Source: Patescibacteria group bacterium (GTDB lineage: Bacteria > Patescibacteriota > Patescibacteriia > UBA9570 > JAHJKD01). Taken from it: 64,000 nucleotides of DNA. The translations under genes and the position numbers were made by a program. Shown here one piece after another: positions 36,690 through 45,898 of this stretch. The stretch covers positions 14,025 through 78,024 of the forward strand of contig JBAZVM010000002.1 of the NCBI GenBank assembly GCA_041660885.1. The letters run 5' to 3'. How positions within the stretch are numbered: the first letter of the stretch is position 1; every line of letters starts with the position of its first letter. The notes beneath the pieces are model-generated. The model searched no databases. It had not been told where the DNA came from and worked only from the letters and a program-made list of their open reading frames with translations.

Positions 36690-36722
36690 ATAAAAACCCC
36701 CTCTCCAGACATGGAGAGGGGG
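36690..36722 (-). terminator. rho-independent terminator of gyrA
   Basis: On the minus strand: ccccctctcc-atgtct-ggagaggggg followed by TTTTTATTAT. Confidence 0.65.
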
Positions 36723-36741
36723 ACGGGGGGAGAGGACGGAA

Positions 36742-39243
36742 TTACACAAACGTTACGCTGGCCACTTTATCGCTAGGCTCTTTGAAGCGCATAAGGCGCA
36801 CGCCTTGAGTAGCGCGGCCGGAAATGTTCACGGCTTTCAATGGCAAGCGGATAACCTGCCCTTTATTGGACATGATAATTAAATCTTCTTGCGCTAATTT
36901 GGCGTTCACGATAAACGAAGCGTTTATCTTGCCGGTCTTGGGCGTGATTTTAGCCGTGGTTACGCCGGATCCGCCGCGGTTCTGCACTTTATAATTGGCC
37001 ACGCCCGTTCGTTTGCCAAAGCCGTTTTCCATAACGGTTAATAATTGCTCGTCTTTTCCCGCTTTGCCTTCAAATAATAAATCCATGCCCACGACCACGC
37101 CTTCTTTCTTCAAACGAATGCCGCGCACGCCGGAAGCGGCCCGGCCCATGGCGCGCACATCTTTCTCTCTAAAGCGGATGGCTTGGCCATTATCGGCGAT
37201 CAGCATGATTTCGTCTTTTCCGCCGGACGGTTTTACCCATTGCAATTCATCACCGGGCTTTATTTTAATGGAAATTAATCCGGAGCGGCGCACTTTCTTA
37301 AAATCTTCTATGTCTGTTTTCTTGATAATGCCTTTTTTCGTAACCATTACCAAGAATTTATAAGAAGCCAGATCTCCCATGGCCAGAACCGAAGATATTT
37401 TCTCCTCGGGCCCAAGCTGCAAGAAGTTCACAATGGCTTGGCCCTTGGCTGTGCGCGAAGCCGGAGGCACTTCATAAGCCTTCAGCTGGAATACGCGGCC
37501 TTTGGTGGTAAAGAATAATATATCCGCGTGCGTATTGGTGGAAATAAGCTGGTCTACCGCGTCTTCTTCCTTGGCCGTGAGGCCGATCACGCCTTTGCCC
37601 CCGCGATGCTGCTGTTTGAAAGTGTCCGGCGGCAAACGCTTGATATAGCCGTCTTTGGTGATCATGAGCATGGCCGCTTCTTTGGGTATAAGATCTTCTT
37701 GAGAAAACTTGCCCACGGCATTGGGTACGATTTCCGTGCGACGGTCGTCGCTGTATTTGTCTTTAATTTCTTTTAACTCATTCTTAATGACTTCCAAAAT
37801 CTTTTTGCGGCTGCTTAAAGTACTTTTTAATTCTTTAATCAGCTTTTTCTTTTCCTTCAACTCTTCTTCCACTTTCACTTGTTCCAAGTTGGCCAATTGC
37901 TGCAGCTTCATTTCCAAAATGGCCACGGATTGCCTGTCGCTTAAATGGAACTTCTTTATCAAATTGGCTTTTGCTTCTTCTTTATCTTTGGATTTTTTAA
38001 TGGTCTTAATAATGGCATCAATCTTTTCCAAAGCCATTACCAAACCTTCCAAAATATGAGCGCGTTCTTCCGCTTTATTCAATTCGTATTTTAATCTTCT
38101 CACCACTACTACTTCTCGGTGCTTGATGTACTCTTCTAAAATCATTTTCAAATTAAGCACGCGTGGCTGCAAGCTATCTACCAAAGCCAGCATGTTGTAA
38201 TGGAAATTTTCCTGAAGCGGAGTTAAGGTGTATAAACGATTTAATATTTTTCTGGGGTAGGCGTCTTTTTTCAAATCCACCACCACACGCACGCCGTCTT
38301 TATCGGATTCGTCGCGCAAATCTTTAATGCCATCTATTTTCTTTTCTTTCACTAAATCGGCAATCTTTTCAACAAGTGTGGCTTTATTCACTTGGTAAGG
38401 AATTTCCGTGATCACTATTTGAAAATATCCGTTTTTATGTTCCACAATCTCCGCTTTGCCGCGCATCACCACTTTTCCCTTGCCCGTAGCATATGCTTGC
38501 TTGATATCTTGCATGTTAAATACTTGGCCGCCCGTGGGAAAATCCGGGCCTTTCACGAATTCCATTAAATCATCCACCGTGGCTTGGGGGTGATCAATAA
38601 GGTGCATTATGCCGCCGCAAAGTTCTCCGAGATTATGCGGAGGAACATTGGTGGCCATACCCACGGCAATGCCTACTGTGCCGTTTAATAAAAAATTGGG
38701 CAGCTTGGCCGGAAGCACCGTGGGCTCTTGCTGAGAACCGTCATAATTCGGCACAAAATCTACCGTGTCTTTTTCAATATCGAACATCAGCTCTTCCGCG
38801 ATGCGGGAAAGCTTGGCTTCCGTGTACCTCATGGCCGCGGCGCCGTCTCCATCCATGGAGCCGAAGTTTCCTTGGCCGTTTACCAGCGGATAGCGCAAGG
38901 AAAAGTCCTGCGCCATGCGCACCATGGAATCGTATACGGCTGTATCACCGTGCGGATGATACTTACCAAGCACTTCACCAACCACGGTGGCGGATTTTCT
39001 GAATTTGGCTCCGGCTTTCAAGCCGATAGTCCACATGGCGTATAAAATGCGGCGATGCACGGGTTTAAGGCCGTCGCGCACATCGGGCAAAGCGCGGGAC
39101 ACGATAACGCTCATGGCGTAATCTAAATAGCATTGCTCCATTTCGGAAACAATGGGCTGTATTTGAACGCGTTCTTCCGGTATGGCTTTTTCCTCGTTAT
39201 CTTTTACCGCTTCTATTTTTTTAAGAATTTTTTTCTTGGACAT
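36742..39243 (-). CDS. gyrA: DNA gyrase subunit A
   Basis: 833 aa with active-site [10 protein letters not shown], the QRDR-like region [14 protein letters not shown], and C-terminal beta-pinwheel repeats. Confidence 0.92.
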   Translation of the reverse strand: MSKKKILKKIEAVKDNEEKAIPEERVQIQPIVSEMEQCYLDYAMSVIVSRALPDVRDGLKPVHRRILYAMWTIGLKAGAKFRKSATVVGEVLGKYHPHGDTAVYDSMVRMAQDFSLRYPLVNGQGNFGSMDGDGAAAMRYTEAKLSRIAEELMFDIEKDTVDFVPNYDGSQQEPTVLPAKLPNFLLNGTVGIAVGMATNVPPHNLGELCGGIMHLIDHPQATVDDLMEFVKGPDFPTGGQVFNMQDIKQAYATGKGKVVMRGKAEIVEHKNGYFQIVITEIPYQVNKATLVEKIADLVKEKKIDGIKDLRDESDKDGVRVVVDLKKDAYPRKILNRLYTLTPLQENFHYNMLALVDSLQPRVLNLKMILEEYIKHREVVVVRRLKYELNKAEERAHILEGLVMALEKIDAIIKTIKKSKDKEEAKANLIKKFHLSDRQSVAILEMKLQQLANLEQVKVEEELKEKKKLIKELKSTLSSRKKILEVIKNELKEIKDKYSDDRRTEIVPNAVGKFSQEDLIPKEAAMLMITKDGYIKRLPPDTFKQQHRGGKGVIGLTAKEEDAVDQLISTNTHADILFFTTKGRVFQLKAYEVPPASRTAKGQAIVNFLQLGPEEKISSVLAMGDLASYKFLVMVTKKGIIKKTDIEDFKKVRRSGLISIKIKPGDELQWVKPSGGKDEIMLIADNGQAIRFREKDVRAMGRAASGVRGIRLKKEGVVVGMDLLFEGKAGKDEQLLTVMENGFGKRTGVANYKVQNRGGSGVTTAKITPKTGKINASFIVNAKLAQEDLIIMSNKGQVIRLPLKAVNISGRATQGVRLMRFKEPSDKVASVTFV

Positions 39244-39246
39244 ATT

Positions 39247-39924
39247 TTACTTTAATTTAGGAAATACTTCGTCCTCCATCGCGTTTATTTCCTCCTCGCT
39301 TAAATTACGGGGATTTTTAATTATGGCGTTAATGTTTCGGTTACCGTTTTGGTTGGTATTTTCTTCGAGAGTGAATAATTTTCCGCTGACATCTCCAATG
39401 CTGGTTTTTAAATCATCAAAAGAGCCGGTTAAATTATCAGAGAACTCCGTCCAGGAATCATTCTCTTGTTCGCCGCCTTGCACTTTTAATGTATAAGGCC
39501 AGGCGATCATCCAAACAATGAAAATAACGGCAAAAGTGGTCAGCACCAATATCCATAAATGCAGTTTGCTGGCCTTTCTTTTTTTCTCGACAACTGGAAT
39601 CTTAATGGTTTTGGATTTTTCTTCTTCCACTTCCCTATTAAGCTCTTCTTTTTGAGAAAGGGCTGCTGTGTATCTGTCTTCCGGAACTTCCGAACGTAAA
39701 TCGTAAATGGATAATTCTTTTACGGGTGCCGGCGGTGCGTAGAAAACCGGTTTAGTCTGCTTTTTCTGTGTTAAAACTTTTTTAGCTTTTTTAACAGTCT
39801 TTTTTTTAGCAATAACTTTTTTACCCGCCGTAGCTTTAGCAGAGGCGGGCTTTTTCGTCGGCTTCTTGATGCTTTTCTTGGCAACTTTTTTAGTAACTAA
39901 TTTCTTTTTTATTTTTTTGGGCAT
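39247..39924 (-). CDS. hypothetical membrane protein with Lys-rich (histone H1-like) N-terminus
   Basis: 225 aa. The N-terminal 60 aa are KK-rich, followed by a single TM helix (LWILVLTTFAVIFIVWMIAW). Confidence 0.5.
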   Translation of the reverse strand: MPKKIKKKLVTKKVAKKSIKKPTKKPASAKATAGKKVIAKKKTVKKAKKVLTQKKQTKPVFYAPPAPVKELSIYDLRSEVPEDRYTAALSQKEELNREVEEEKSKTIKIPVVEKKRKASKLHLWILVLTTFAVIFIVWMIAWPYTLKVQGGEQENDSWTEFSDNLTGSFDDLKTSIGDVSGKLFTLEENTNQNGNRNINAIIKNPRNLSEEEINAMEDEVFPKLK

Positions 39925-39944
39925 AAATATTTAAAAGAACTTTT

Positions 39945-40565
39945 TTAATTGCTGTTTTTTAAAAAAATTACTTTTGTTTCTTCCTGGGGCAGATCTTTTT
40001 TCTTAAGAATTAATTTATCTTGCGCTTCTATATTTTTAATACCCATTTCTTTGGCGAATTTTTCTACGTTTTCCAGCTTTAACTTCAATTTGGGAATGTG
40101 ATGATACATGGGAATGACTATTCTCGGTTCTATTTGGCTGATTATTTTCGTGCGGCGCTCCGAAGTTAAGCTAGAAACGGGTAAAAATAAAACATCCACG
40201 CCTTCCATGGTTTCTAATTGCGCATCAGTAAGGGAATGGTTCAGTACGCCTAAAAATCCCAAAGAAATTTCTTCCGATTCTATGCGGAAAATAAAATTTC
40301 CGGTTTGATCCGTCTCCCCGGCTTTTAAACCGTAGATGTAATCTTCTTTTAATTCGTATTCGCCCGGGCCGTCTATTAAAAAATTATCCCCTATCAAGCG
40401 TTTGGTGTTATTCACGTTATCGTTTTTCGGATCGCTTAATAAAACCACGTCTGCTTTCTGCTTGGGCATGGTTAAACCCGTTTTATCGCCATACGGATCG
40501 GTAATGATGGTGTTGCCTTTTGTTTGAATTTTAAAACAGCTTAAACCTAGCCAATTTATATGCAT
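39945..40565 (-). CDS. MBL-fold metal-dependent hydrolase (UPF0173-like)
   Basis: N-terminus INWLGLSCFKIQ...ITDPY is typical of the UPF0173 family. 206 aa. Confidence 0.6.
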   Translation of the reverse strand: MHINWLGLSCFKIQTKGNTIITDPYGDKTGLTMPKQKADVVLLSDPKNDNVNNTKRLIGDNFLIDGPGEYELKEDYIYGLKAGETDQTGNFIFRIESEEISLGFLGVLNHSLTDAQLETMEGVDVLFLPVSSLTSERRTKIISQIEPRIVIPMYHHIPKLKLKLENVEKFAKEMGIKNIEAQDKLILKKKDLPQEETKVIFLKNSN

Positions 40566-40773
40566 ATTTTAGGTGAAAAATTATAAAAAATCTCTATCTA
40601 GAATAACATAATTTTAAGAGGGTGGCAATATACCCAGGCTTGCCATTTTTTTCCCTTTGAGCTATAGTAGCAAAGTTGCTTTTTAATTTAATTTATCCCC
40701 TAGTTAAGGCAACCTGGGGGGCCGCCAGCTTAAAAAAAAGGTCAGGTTGGGGCTAACTACTTAAACATTAATT

Positions 40774-42048
40774 ATGGCCACTAAAACGAAAAATCCTTTG
40801 TCCGACGAAAAGCAAAACAGCTTGATGGGCAAATTATTAGAAGAGCAAAAAGAGCTGAAAATTCCTGAAGTTAACGCGATTATTGAAGGAAAAGTCATTA
40901 CCGCATCTAAAAACGAAGTACACTTAGATATAGACGGCATCGCTTGCGGTGTCGTGCGCGGACCGGAACTGTTTGATGAATCCGGCGAATACACCAGTTT
41001 GAAAATCGGCGATAAAGTATCGGCGACTGTTTTGGAATTGGAAAACGAAGACGGCGAGCTGGAACTTTCCTTCCGCCAAGCCGGCCACAAAAAGGCTTGG
41101 GATGAATTGGAACGCTTAATGCGCGAAGGCGAAACCATAGACGCCGAAGTATTAGACGCCAACAAAGGCGGCTTGATTATGCGCGTCAGCCGCATCTCCG
41201 GGTTCTTGCCGGTTTCCCAATTGACTGTAGAACACTACCCCAGAGTAGAGGGCGGCAATAAAAGCAAAATATTGGAAAGATTGCAAAGCTATGCCGGCCA
41301 AAAATTCAAAGTGGCTATTATAGATGTAGACGAAGCAGACAATAAATTGATTGTTTCTGAAAAAAGCGCGTGGGAAGACCAGCACAAAGCCATCATCGCC
41401 AAATACAAAGTGGGCGATTGCGTGGAAGGAAGAATTACCGGCGTGGTGGATTTCGGCGCCTTTATAGAATTCGGCGAAGGAGACGATAAGCTGGAAGGCT
41501 TAGTGCACATTTCCGAATTAGCCTGGCAGCGTATCGACGACCCCAGAAAATTCGTGAAAGTGGGAGACCCTATAAAAGCTCAAATTATCAGCATTGATGA
41601 TTCCAAAATATCCTTAAGTATCCGCCGCTTGCAGAAAGATCCTTGGGCGGAAGTGGTAAAAAAATACACTGTCGGCCAAAAAATAAAAGGCGTGGTTTTG
41701 AAAATCAATCACTTTGGCGCATTTGTGGAATTGGATAAAGACATCCACGGCTTGGCTCACATCTCCGAACTTTCCAGCAAGAAGATCAACGATCCGAGCG
41801 AAATAGTAAAAATCGGAGACGAATACGAATTTAAAATTATTTCCATAGAACCGCAGAACCATCGTTTAGGTTTATCCATGAAAGCTTTGAAAGAAAAACC
41901 GAAAGAAGAACCCGACTCCGCCAAGGCTACGGCGGGCGAGGAAAAAGAGGAAAAGAAAGACGAAGCGGAAAAACCTGCGGTGACTGAAGAAAAAAAAGAA
42001 GAAGAAACAAAGCCGGAAGAAAAAAACGTGCCGGCCAAACAGGAATAA
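40774..42048 (+). CDS. rpsA: 30S ribosomal protein S1 (four S1 domains) with Glu/Lys-rich tail
   Basis: Four repeats of the S1 OB-fold pattern (G..V.G.V......GAFVE....GL.HISE). Confidence 0.85.
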   Translation: MATKTKNPLSDEKQNSLMGKLLEEQKELKIPEVNAIIEGKVITASKNEVHLDIDGIACGVVRGPELFDESGEYTSLKIGDKVSATVLELENEDGELELSFRQAGHKKAWDELERLMREGETIDAEVLDANKGGLIMRVSRISGFLPVSQLTVEHYPRVEGGNKSKILERLQSYAGQKFKVAIIDVDEADNKLIVSEKSAWEDQHKAIIAKYKVGDCVEGRITGVVDFGAFIEFGEGDDKLEGLVHISELAWQRIDDPRKFVKVGDPIKAQIISIDDSKISLSIRRLQKDPWAEVVKKYTVGQKIKGVVLKINHFGAFVELDKDIHGLAHISELSSKKINDPSEIVKIGDEYEFKIISIEPQNHRLGLSMKALKEKPKEEPDSAKATAGEEKEEKKDEAEKPAVTEEKKEEETKPEEKNVPAKQE

Positions 42049-42116
42049 TCTCACTTTGAGAAAATTGGCAGAATCTGTTATAATAGCTTTATAATTTATT
42101 AAGTTATAATCTTTCT

Positions 42117-43961
42117 ATGGCTATGGTTCCCAACCGTTCTTACGGCGACATCGCGAAAAAAATCCTTTACTTATTTTTAGCGTTGATTTTTATCGGCGCT
42201 TTTTTAAGTTTATACAATTCTCCCTTTGAAAAAATCGATGAAGTATCTCTGAATACTTTAGTTTCCGAAGTTAAGGAAAACAAAGTAAAAAGCTTGGAGA
42301 TTGTTGGAGAACAAACCATAAACATAGAACTTCAAGATGGCGTAAAACAAAAAACCAGGAAAGAATTAAGCCAGCCTTTGCCCGAATTATTAACCAGTTT
42401 TGGCATCAAGCCCGAACAATTGGGCAATATCGATATTAAAGTTAAAAACGATAACGGCCTGGGTTATTGGCTATCGGCTTTGCTGCCCTTTTTAATTCCT
42501 ATTATAGTTATCGGCGTATTTCTTTGGATCATGATGCGCCAAGTACAAGGCACCAACAATCGCGCCATGATGTTCGGCCAATCCAAGGCCCGGGAAACGA
42601 ACCCGAAAGATAAAAAAAGAAAGGTAACTTTCAAAGACGTAGCCGGAGTTTTAGAAGCCAAGGAAGAATTAAAAGAAGTGGTTGATTTTTTAAAGAATCC
42701 CAAAAAATTCCAAAACTTAGGAGCGCGCGTTCCCAAAGGAGCTTTGCTAGTAGGCCCTCCGGGCACGGGTAAAACATTGCTCGCCCGCGCCATTGCCGGC
42801 GAAGCTAATGTCCCCTTCTACCACATCTCCGGCTCGGAATTCGTAGAAATGTTCGTGGGCGTAGGCGCATCGAGAGTCCGCGATCTATTTAAAACCGCGA
42901 AAAAAACCGCTCCCAGCATAGTATTCGTAGATGAAATAGACGCGGTCGGCAGACAAAGAGGCACCGGTTTGGGCGGATCCCATGACGAACGCGAACAAAC
43001 CTTAAACCAAATCTTAGTGGAAATGGACGGTTTTGATAATGAAACCAATGTGATTATTATTGCGGCCACGAACAGGCCAGATGTATTGGATCCGGCTTTA
43101 TTGCGCCCCGGCCGTTTTGACCGCCGCATAGTTTTGGATATGCCGGATTATAAAGACAGAGAACAAATACTCTTGGTGCACGCGAAAAATAAGCCGCTGG
43201 CCAAAGACGTGAATCTTAAAGAACTGGCCCAGCGCACTCCTGGTTTTTCCGGCGCTGATCTTTCCAACCTTCTAAATGAAGCCGCCATTTTAGCTGCCCG
43301 CCTTAATAAAAAAGAAGTGAATCTGAACGATTGTCTGCAATCCATAGAAAAAGTGTTACTGGGCCCCGAGCGCAAAAGCTCTTTGCTCAATAAAAAAGAA
43401 AAAGAAATCACGGCTTATCATGAAGCCGGGCACGCTCTAGTAGCCAACCAACTGCCTAATGCCGATCCCGTAAAAAAAGTATCTATTATTTCCCGCGGAC
43501 GAGCAGCCGGATACACTTTAAAACTGCCCATAGAAGATAAACACATGCACACAAGATCGGAATTCTTGGAAGATATCGCGGTAATGCTGGCCGGGCACGC
43601 CACGGAAAGAGAAGTCTTCAAAGAATTAACCACCGGCGCCACCAATGATCTGGAGCAAGCCACCAAATTGGCCCGTCGCTTGGTAATGAGCTTTGGCATG
43701 AGCGATGCCATGGGCCCGCGCACATTCGGTGAACGGGAAGAAATGGTTTTCTTGGGAAAAGAAATAGCGGAACAGCGCGACTACAGTGAAAAAACCGCCC
43801 AGTTGATAGACAAAGAAATCGACCGCATTATTAAAGAAGGCTATCATCGCGCTTTGGGCATTATCCGCGATAAAAGAAAAATTCTTAACCGCATCGCGGA
43901 AGAACTATTAAAGAAAGAAACTCTGGAGCAGAAAGATTTCGAAGCTTTGGTAAAAGATTAA
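42117..43961 (+). CDS. ftsH: ATP-dependent zinc metalloprotease FtsH
   Basis: Two TM helices, Walker [12 protein letters not shown] region, and the zinc motif HEAGHA. Confidence 0.93.
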   Translation: MAMVPNRSYGDIAKKILYLFLALIFIGAFLSLYNSPFEKIDEVSLNTLVSEVKENKVKSLEIVGEQTINIELQDGVKQKTRKELSQPLPELLTSFGIKPEQLGNIDIKVKNDNGLGYWLSALLPFLIPIIVIGVFLWIMMRQVQGTNNRAMMFGQSKARETNPKDKKRKVTFKDVAGVLEAKEELKEVVDFLKNPKKFQNLGARVPKGALLVGPPGTGKTLLARAIAGEANVPFYHISGSEFVEMFVGVGASRVRDLFKTAKKTAPSIVFVDEIDAVGRQRGTGLGGSHDEREQTLNQILVEMDGFDNETNVIIIAATNRPDVLDPALLRPGRFDRRIVLDMPDYKDREQILLVHAKNKPLAKDVNLKELAQRTPGFSGADLSNLLNEAAILAARLNKKEVNLNDCLQSIEKVLLGPERKSSLLNKKEKEITAYHEAGHALVANQLPNADPVKKVSIISRGRAAGYTLKLPIEDKHMHTRSEFLEDIAVMLAGHATEREVFKELTTGATNDLEQATKLARRLVMSFGMSDAMGPRTFGEREEMVFLGKEIAEQRDYSEKTAQLIDKEIDRIIKEGYHRALGIIRDKRKILNRIAEELLKKETLEQKDFEALVKD

Positions 43962-43976
43962 AAATAAAATAAATAT

Positions 43977-44954
43977 ATGAGATTATACTTTAAGGCATTG
44001 TCCGATGGCTGGAAACTGACTAGCAAACATACTTGGCTTTGGTTTTTCGGCTTGTTCGCCCTGTTTATCGTGGGCAATGGCGGAGAATTCGATTTGTATT
44101 TTAAAAACGTCGGCCGGCTTTCCGGAAACAACTCAATTTTCAGTGCCGCTTTCTGGCAGCAAGGAGAATGGGTGGAAATAATTAATCGCTTGCAATCGTT
44201 ATGGACGGAAAACTGGATAATGACATTATTCATGGCTGGCATTTTTGTTGCCGCTTTATTATTTGTTCTGTATTTTGTTGTTATTTCTCAAATTGCCTTA
44301 ATCTACGCCGCCAATCAAGGGCAAAAAAGTAGTTTATCTTTTCATCAATGCATCGTGGCGGGCAATAAATTTTTCTGGCGCGCTTTAATTATCAACATAA
44401 TCAGCAAACTGATCGTAATAGCCGTTCTTTTAATTATAGCCATACCATTATTTTTCTTATTAAGCAGCGGTACTTATGAAGCCACTTATTCCATTTTGGC
44501 CTCGATATTATTAATACCGGCCGTGATTATCGTTTCTTTTTTAAACAAATACGCGATTAACTACGCGGTGATTGATAATGAAAAAATATTTCCGGCCATA
44601 AAAAAAGCGTTTAAACTATTCGGCCAGAATTGGCTGGTCAGCTTGGAAATGGCCCTGATAATTTTCATTCTTTCCCTTTTACTCGGCTTATTTATTCTGG
44701 CGGCCACGGCCATTGTATTGGCTCCTTTCTTGGCTTCATCCATCTCCACGGCTTCGGCTTATGCCGACCCGCTAGCGAATATTTTAACCGTGTTAATGCT
44801 GGCCGCGCTGGTATTAATCGTTGGCATGGTCTTAGCTGCCTCCATATTTTCCGCTTGGCAATTAACTTCTTGGACATACCTGTTTAAGGAATTGACTGCA
44901 GGGCCGAAAGAAGGTAAGCTAATACGCGTCTTGAATGGAAAAAGGGGCATATAA
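43977..44954 (+). CDS. hypothetical polytopic membrane protein
   Basis: 325 aa with at least 6 hydrophobic helices. Its last codons and stop overlap the left direct repeat of the tRNA-associated element. Confidence 0.5.
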   Translation: MRLYFKALSDGWKLTSKHTWLWFFGLFALFIVGNGGEFDLYFKNVGRLSGNNSIFSAAFWQQGEWVEIINRLQSLWTENWIMTLFMAGIFVAALLFVLYFVVISQIALIYAANQGQKSSLSFHQCIVAGNKFFWRALIINIISKLIVIAVLLIIAIPLFFLLSSGTYEATYSILASILLIPAVIIVSFLNKYAINYAVIDNEKIFPAIKKAFKLFGQNWLVSLEMALIIFILSLLLGLFILAATAIVLAPFLASSISTASAYADPLANILTVLMLAALVLIVGMVLAASIFSAWQLTSWTYLFKELTAGPKEGKLIRVLNGKRGI

Positions 44955-45067
44955 TCTGCTTCGCTCCTTACTACGTTCGGAGCTTCGCAGGATCAAGTCT
45001 ATTTATTTAGGCCTAGCTCCTGCGAAGCCCTGATCCAAAGGATCATGGGCGAAGCAGAGGGCATATA
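44945..45067 (+). repeat. tRNA-5'-associated structured element, copy 2 (105 nt, 44954-45058), flanked by a 9-nt direct repeat
   Basis: gggcatata occurs at 44945-44953 and again at 45059-45067, where it forms tRNA-Ile nt 1-9. Perfect 9-bp terminal inverted pairing ctgcttcgc/gcgaagcag. Homologous to 10611-10712. Confidence 0.7.
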
Positions 45068-45132
45068 GCTCAGTCGGTTAGAGCACAGCCCTTATAAGGC
45101 TGGGGTCCCTGGTTCGAGTCCAGGTATGCCCA
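45059..45132 (+). tRNA. tRNA-Ile(TAT)
   Basis: Acceptor gggcata/tatgccc, D arm gctc..gagc, anticodon stem cagcc/ggctg with loop cTTATAa, T arm cctgg-ttcgagt-ccagg. No encoded CCA. Confidence 0.85.
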
Positions 45133-45241
45133 CTGAAATATAACTTAAAATAGAATATTAACCACTCTTTTATTTCTAGTTAGATGGAACACTTCTTTTT
45201 GATTTACTTGTAGTAGATTCCCTGCCAGATACTTTAAAACA

Positions 45242-45296
45242 ATCCGTTTTCGCTCTTTTGAGCTCATCAGTTCCGATACCTATCGGAAGAACGGAT
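45242..45296 (-). ncRNA. hammerhead ribozyme, type III topology
   Basis: Minus strand: AUCCGUU C / UUCCGAU-AGGU-AUCGGAA / CUGAUGA / GCUC-AAAA-GAGC / GAAA ACGGAU. All invariant core nucleotides and three helices are in canonical order. Confidence 0.8.
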
Positions 45297-45298
45297 GG

Positions 45299-45333
45299 GG
45301 GAGAGAGTGACGAGCGGGGGTCACATCTCTCCC
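45299..45333 (-). other. 13-bp GC-rich stem-loop between the stop codon and the ribozyme
   Basis: On the minus strand: U8 then gggagaga(t)gtgac-ccccgctc-gtcactctctccc. The T-run precedes the stem, so this is not a canonical intrinsic terminator. Confidence 0.5.
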
Positions 45334-45352
45334 AAAAAAAAGAACGATGTAT

Positions 45353-45898
45353 CTATTTCCAGCGGTAAAGAACCCGCTGGTCTTGGGGAGAAATGCAGAG
45401 GCGGATCTCCTTGGATCCGTCCTCGTTCTCACCCTGCATTATCACGGCCCAATCTCCGTAGAGACAGACCGCCGAACTAACCTCCTGTGCGGCCTGGAAG
45501 ACGATCGCCGCGATCTCTTCATGGGTTACCGGCGGCTGTGCCGCGAAAACCGTGAACTTGTCGTCCCTCATCCGCTTTTCAGCGGACGGCCGCCTTTCGA
45601 ATCCCGGCGCCGCGATCATGGCCATCACGCGGCCGGGCCAAGCCTGCGCCGCGATGAGCGACCCGACGATGAGAGCCTCGGGGTTCTCCTTTTCGAGGCG
45701 TTCCAGCGCCTCGGTCGAGGCGACGTCCGGTACGATTTTCGTTCGGACAAGCTCGACACCGGTCGGGTGCATTCCCGCCGGCTCATCCTCGAACCGGGCG
45801 TTCAGCACCGTCCCGGAAGGAGGGACTTCGTAGACTTCTCCCTCGACGGAGAGGAAACGAATCAGGTGGGGGGTAACATTAACCACATTCTTCCTCAT
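45353..45898 (-). CDS. hypothetical protein (N-terminal N-x-T-P-H family seen in phage/mobile contexts), GC-rich
   Basis: An AAGGAGG SD lies 8 nt upstream of the ATG at 45898 (MRKNVVNVTPH...). The ORF track starts 9 codons earlier, at 45925. GC-rich codon usage. Confidence 0.6.
   Translation of the reverse strand: MRKNVVNVTPHLIRFLSVEGEVYEVPPSGTVLNARFEDEPAGMHPTGVELVRTKIVPDVASTEALERLEKENPEALIVGSLIAAQAWPGRVMAMIAAPGFERRPSAEKRMRDDKFTVFAAQPPVTHEEIAAIVFQAAQEVSSAVCLYGDWAVIMQGENEDGSKEIRLCISPQDQRVLYRWK

Noticed and set aside
37528-39496. Plus-strand ORFs antisense to gyrA and its upstream neighbour (37528..37776, 37709..38059, 38728..39045, 39182..39496)
   Set aside because: They lie entirely within a confidently identified gyrA or adjacent gene on the other strand, with low-complexity translations.
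39830-41940. Shared SAKATAG peptide / gctacggcggg 11-mer between the Lys-rich membrane protein (39247..39924) and the S1 tail
   Set aside because: A short match within low-complexity Ala/Lys/Glu-rich regions. This is most likely coincidence.
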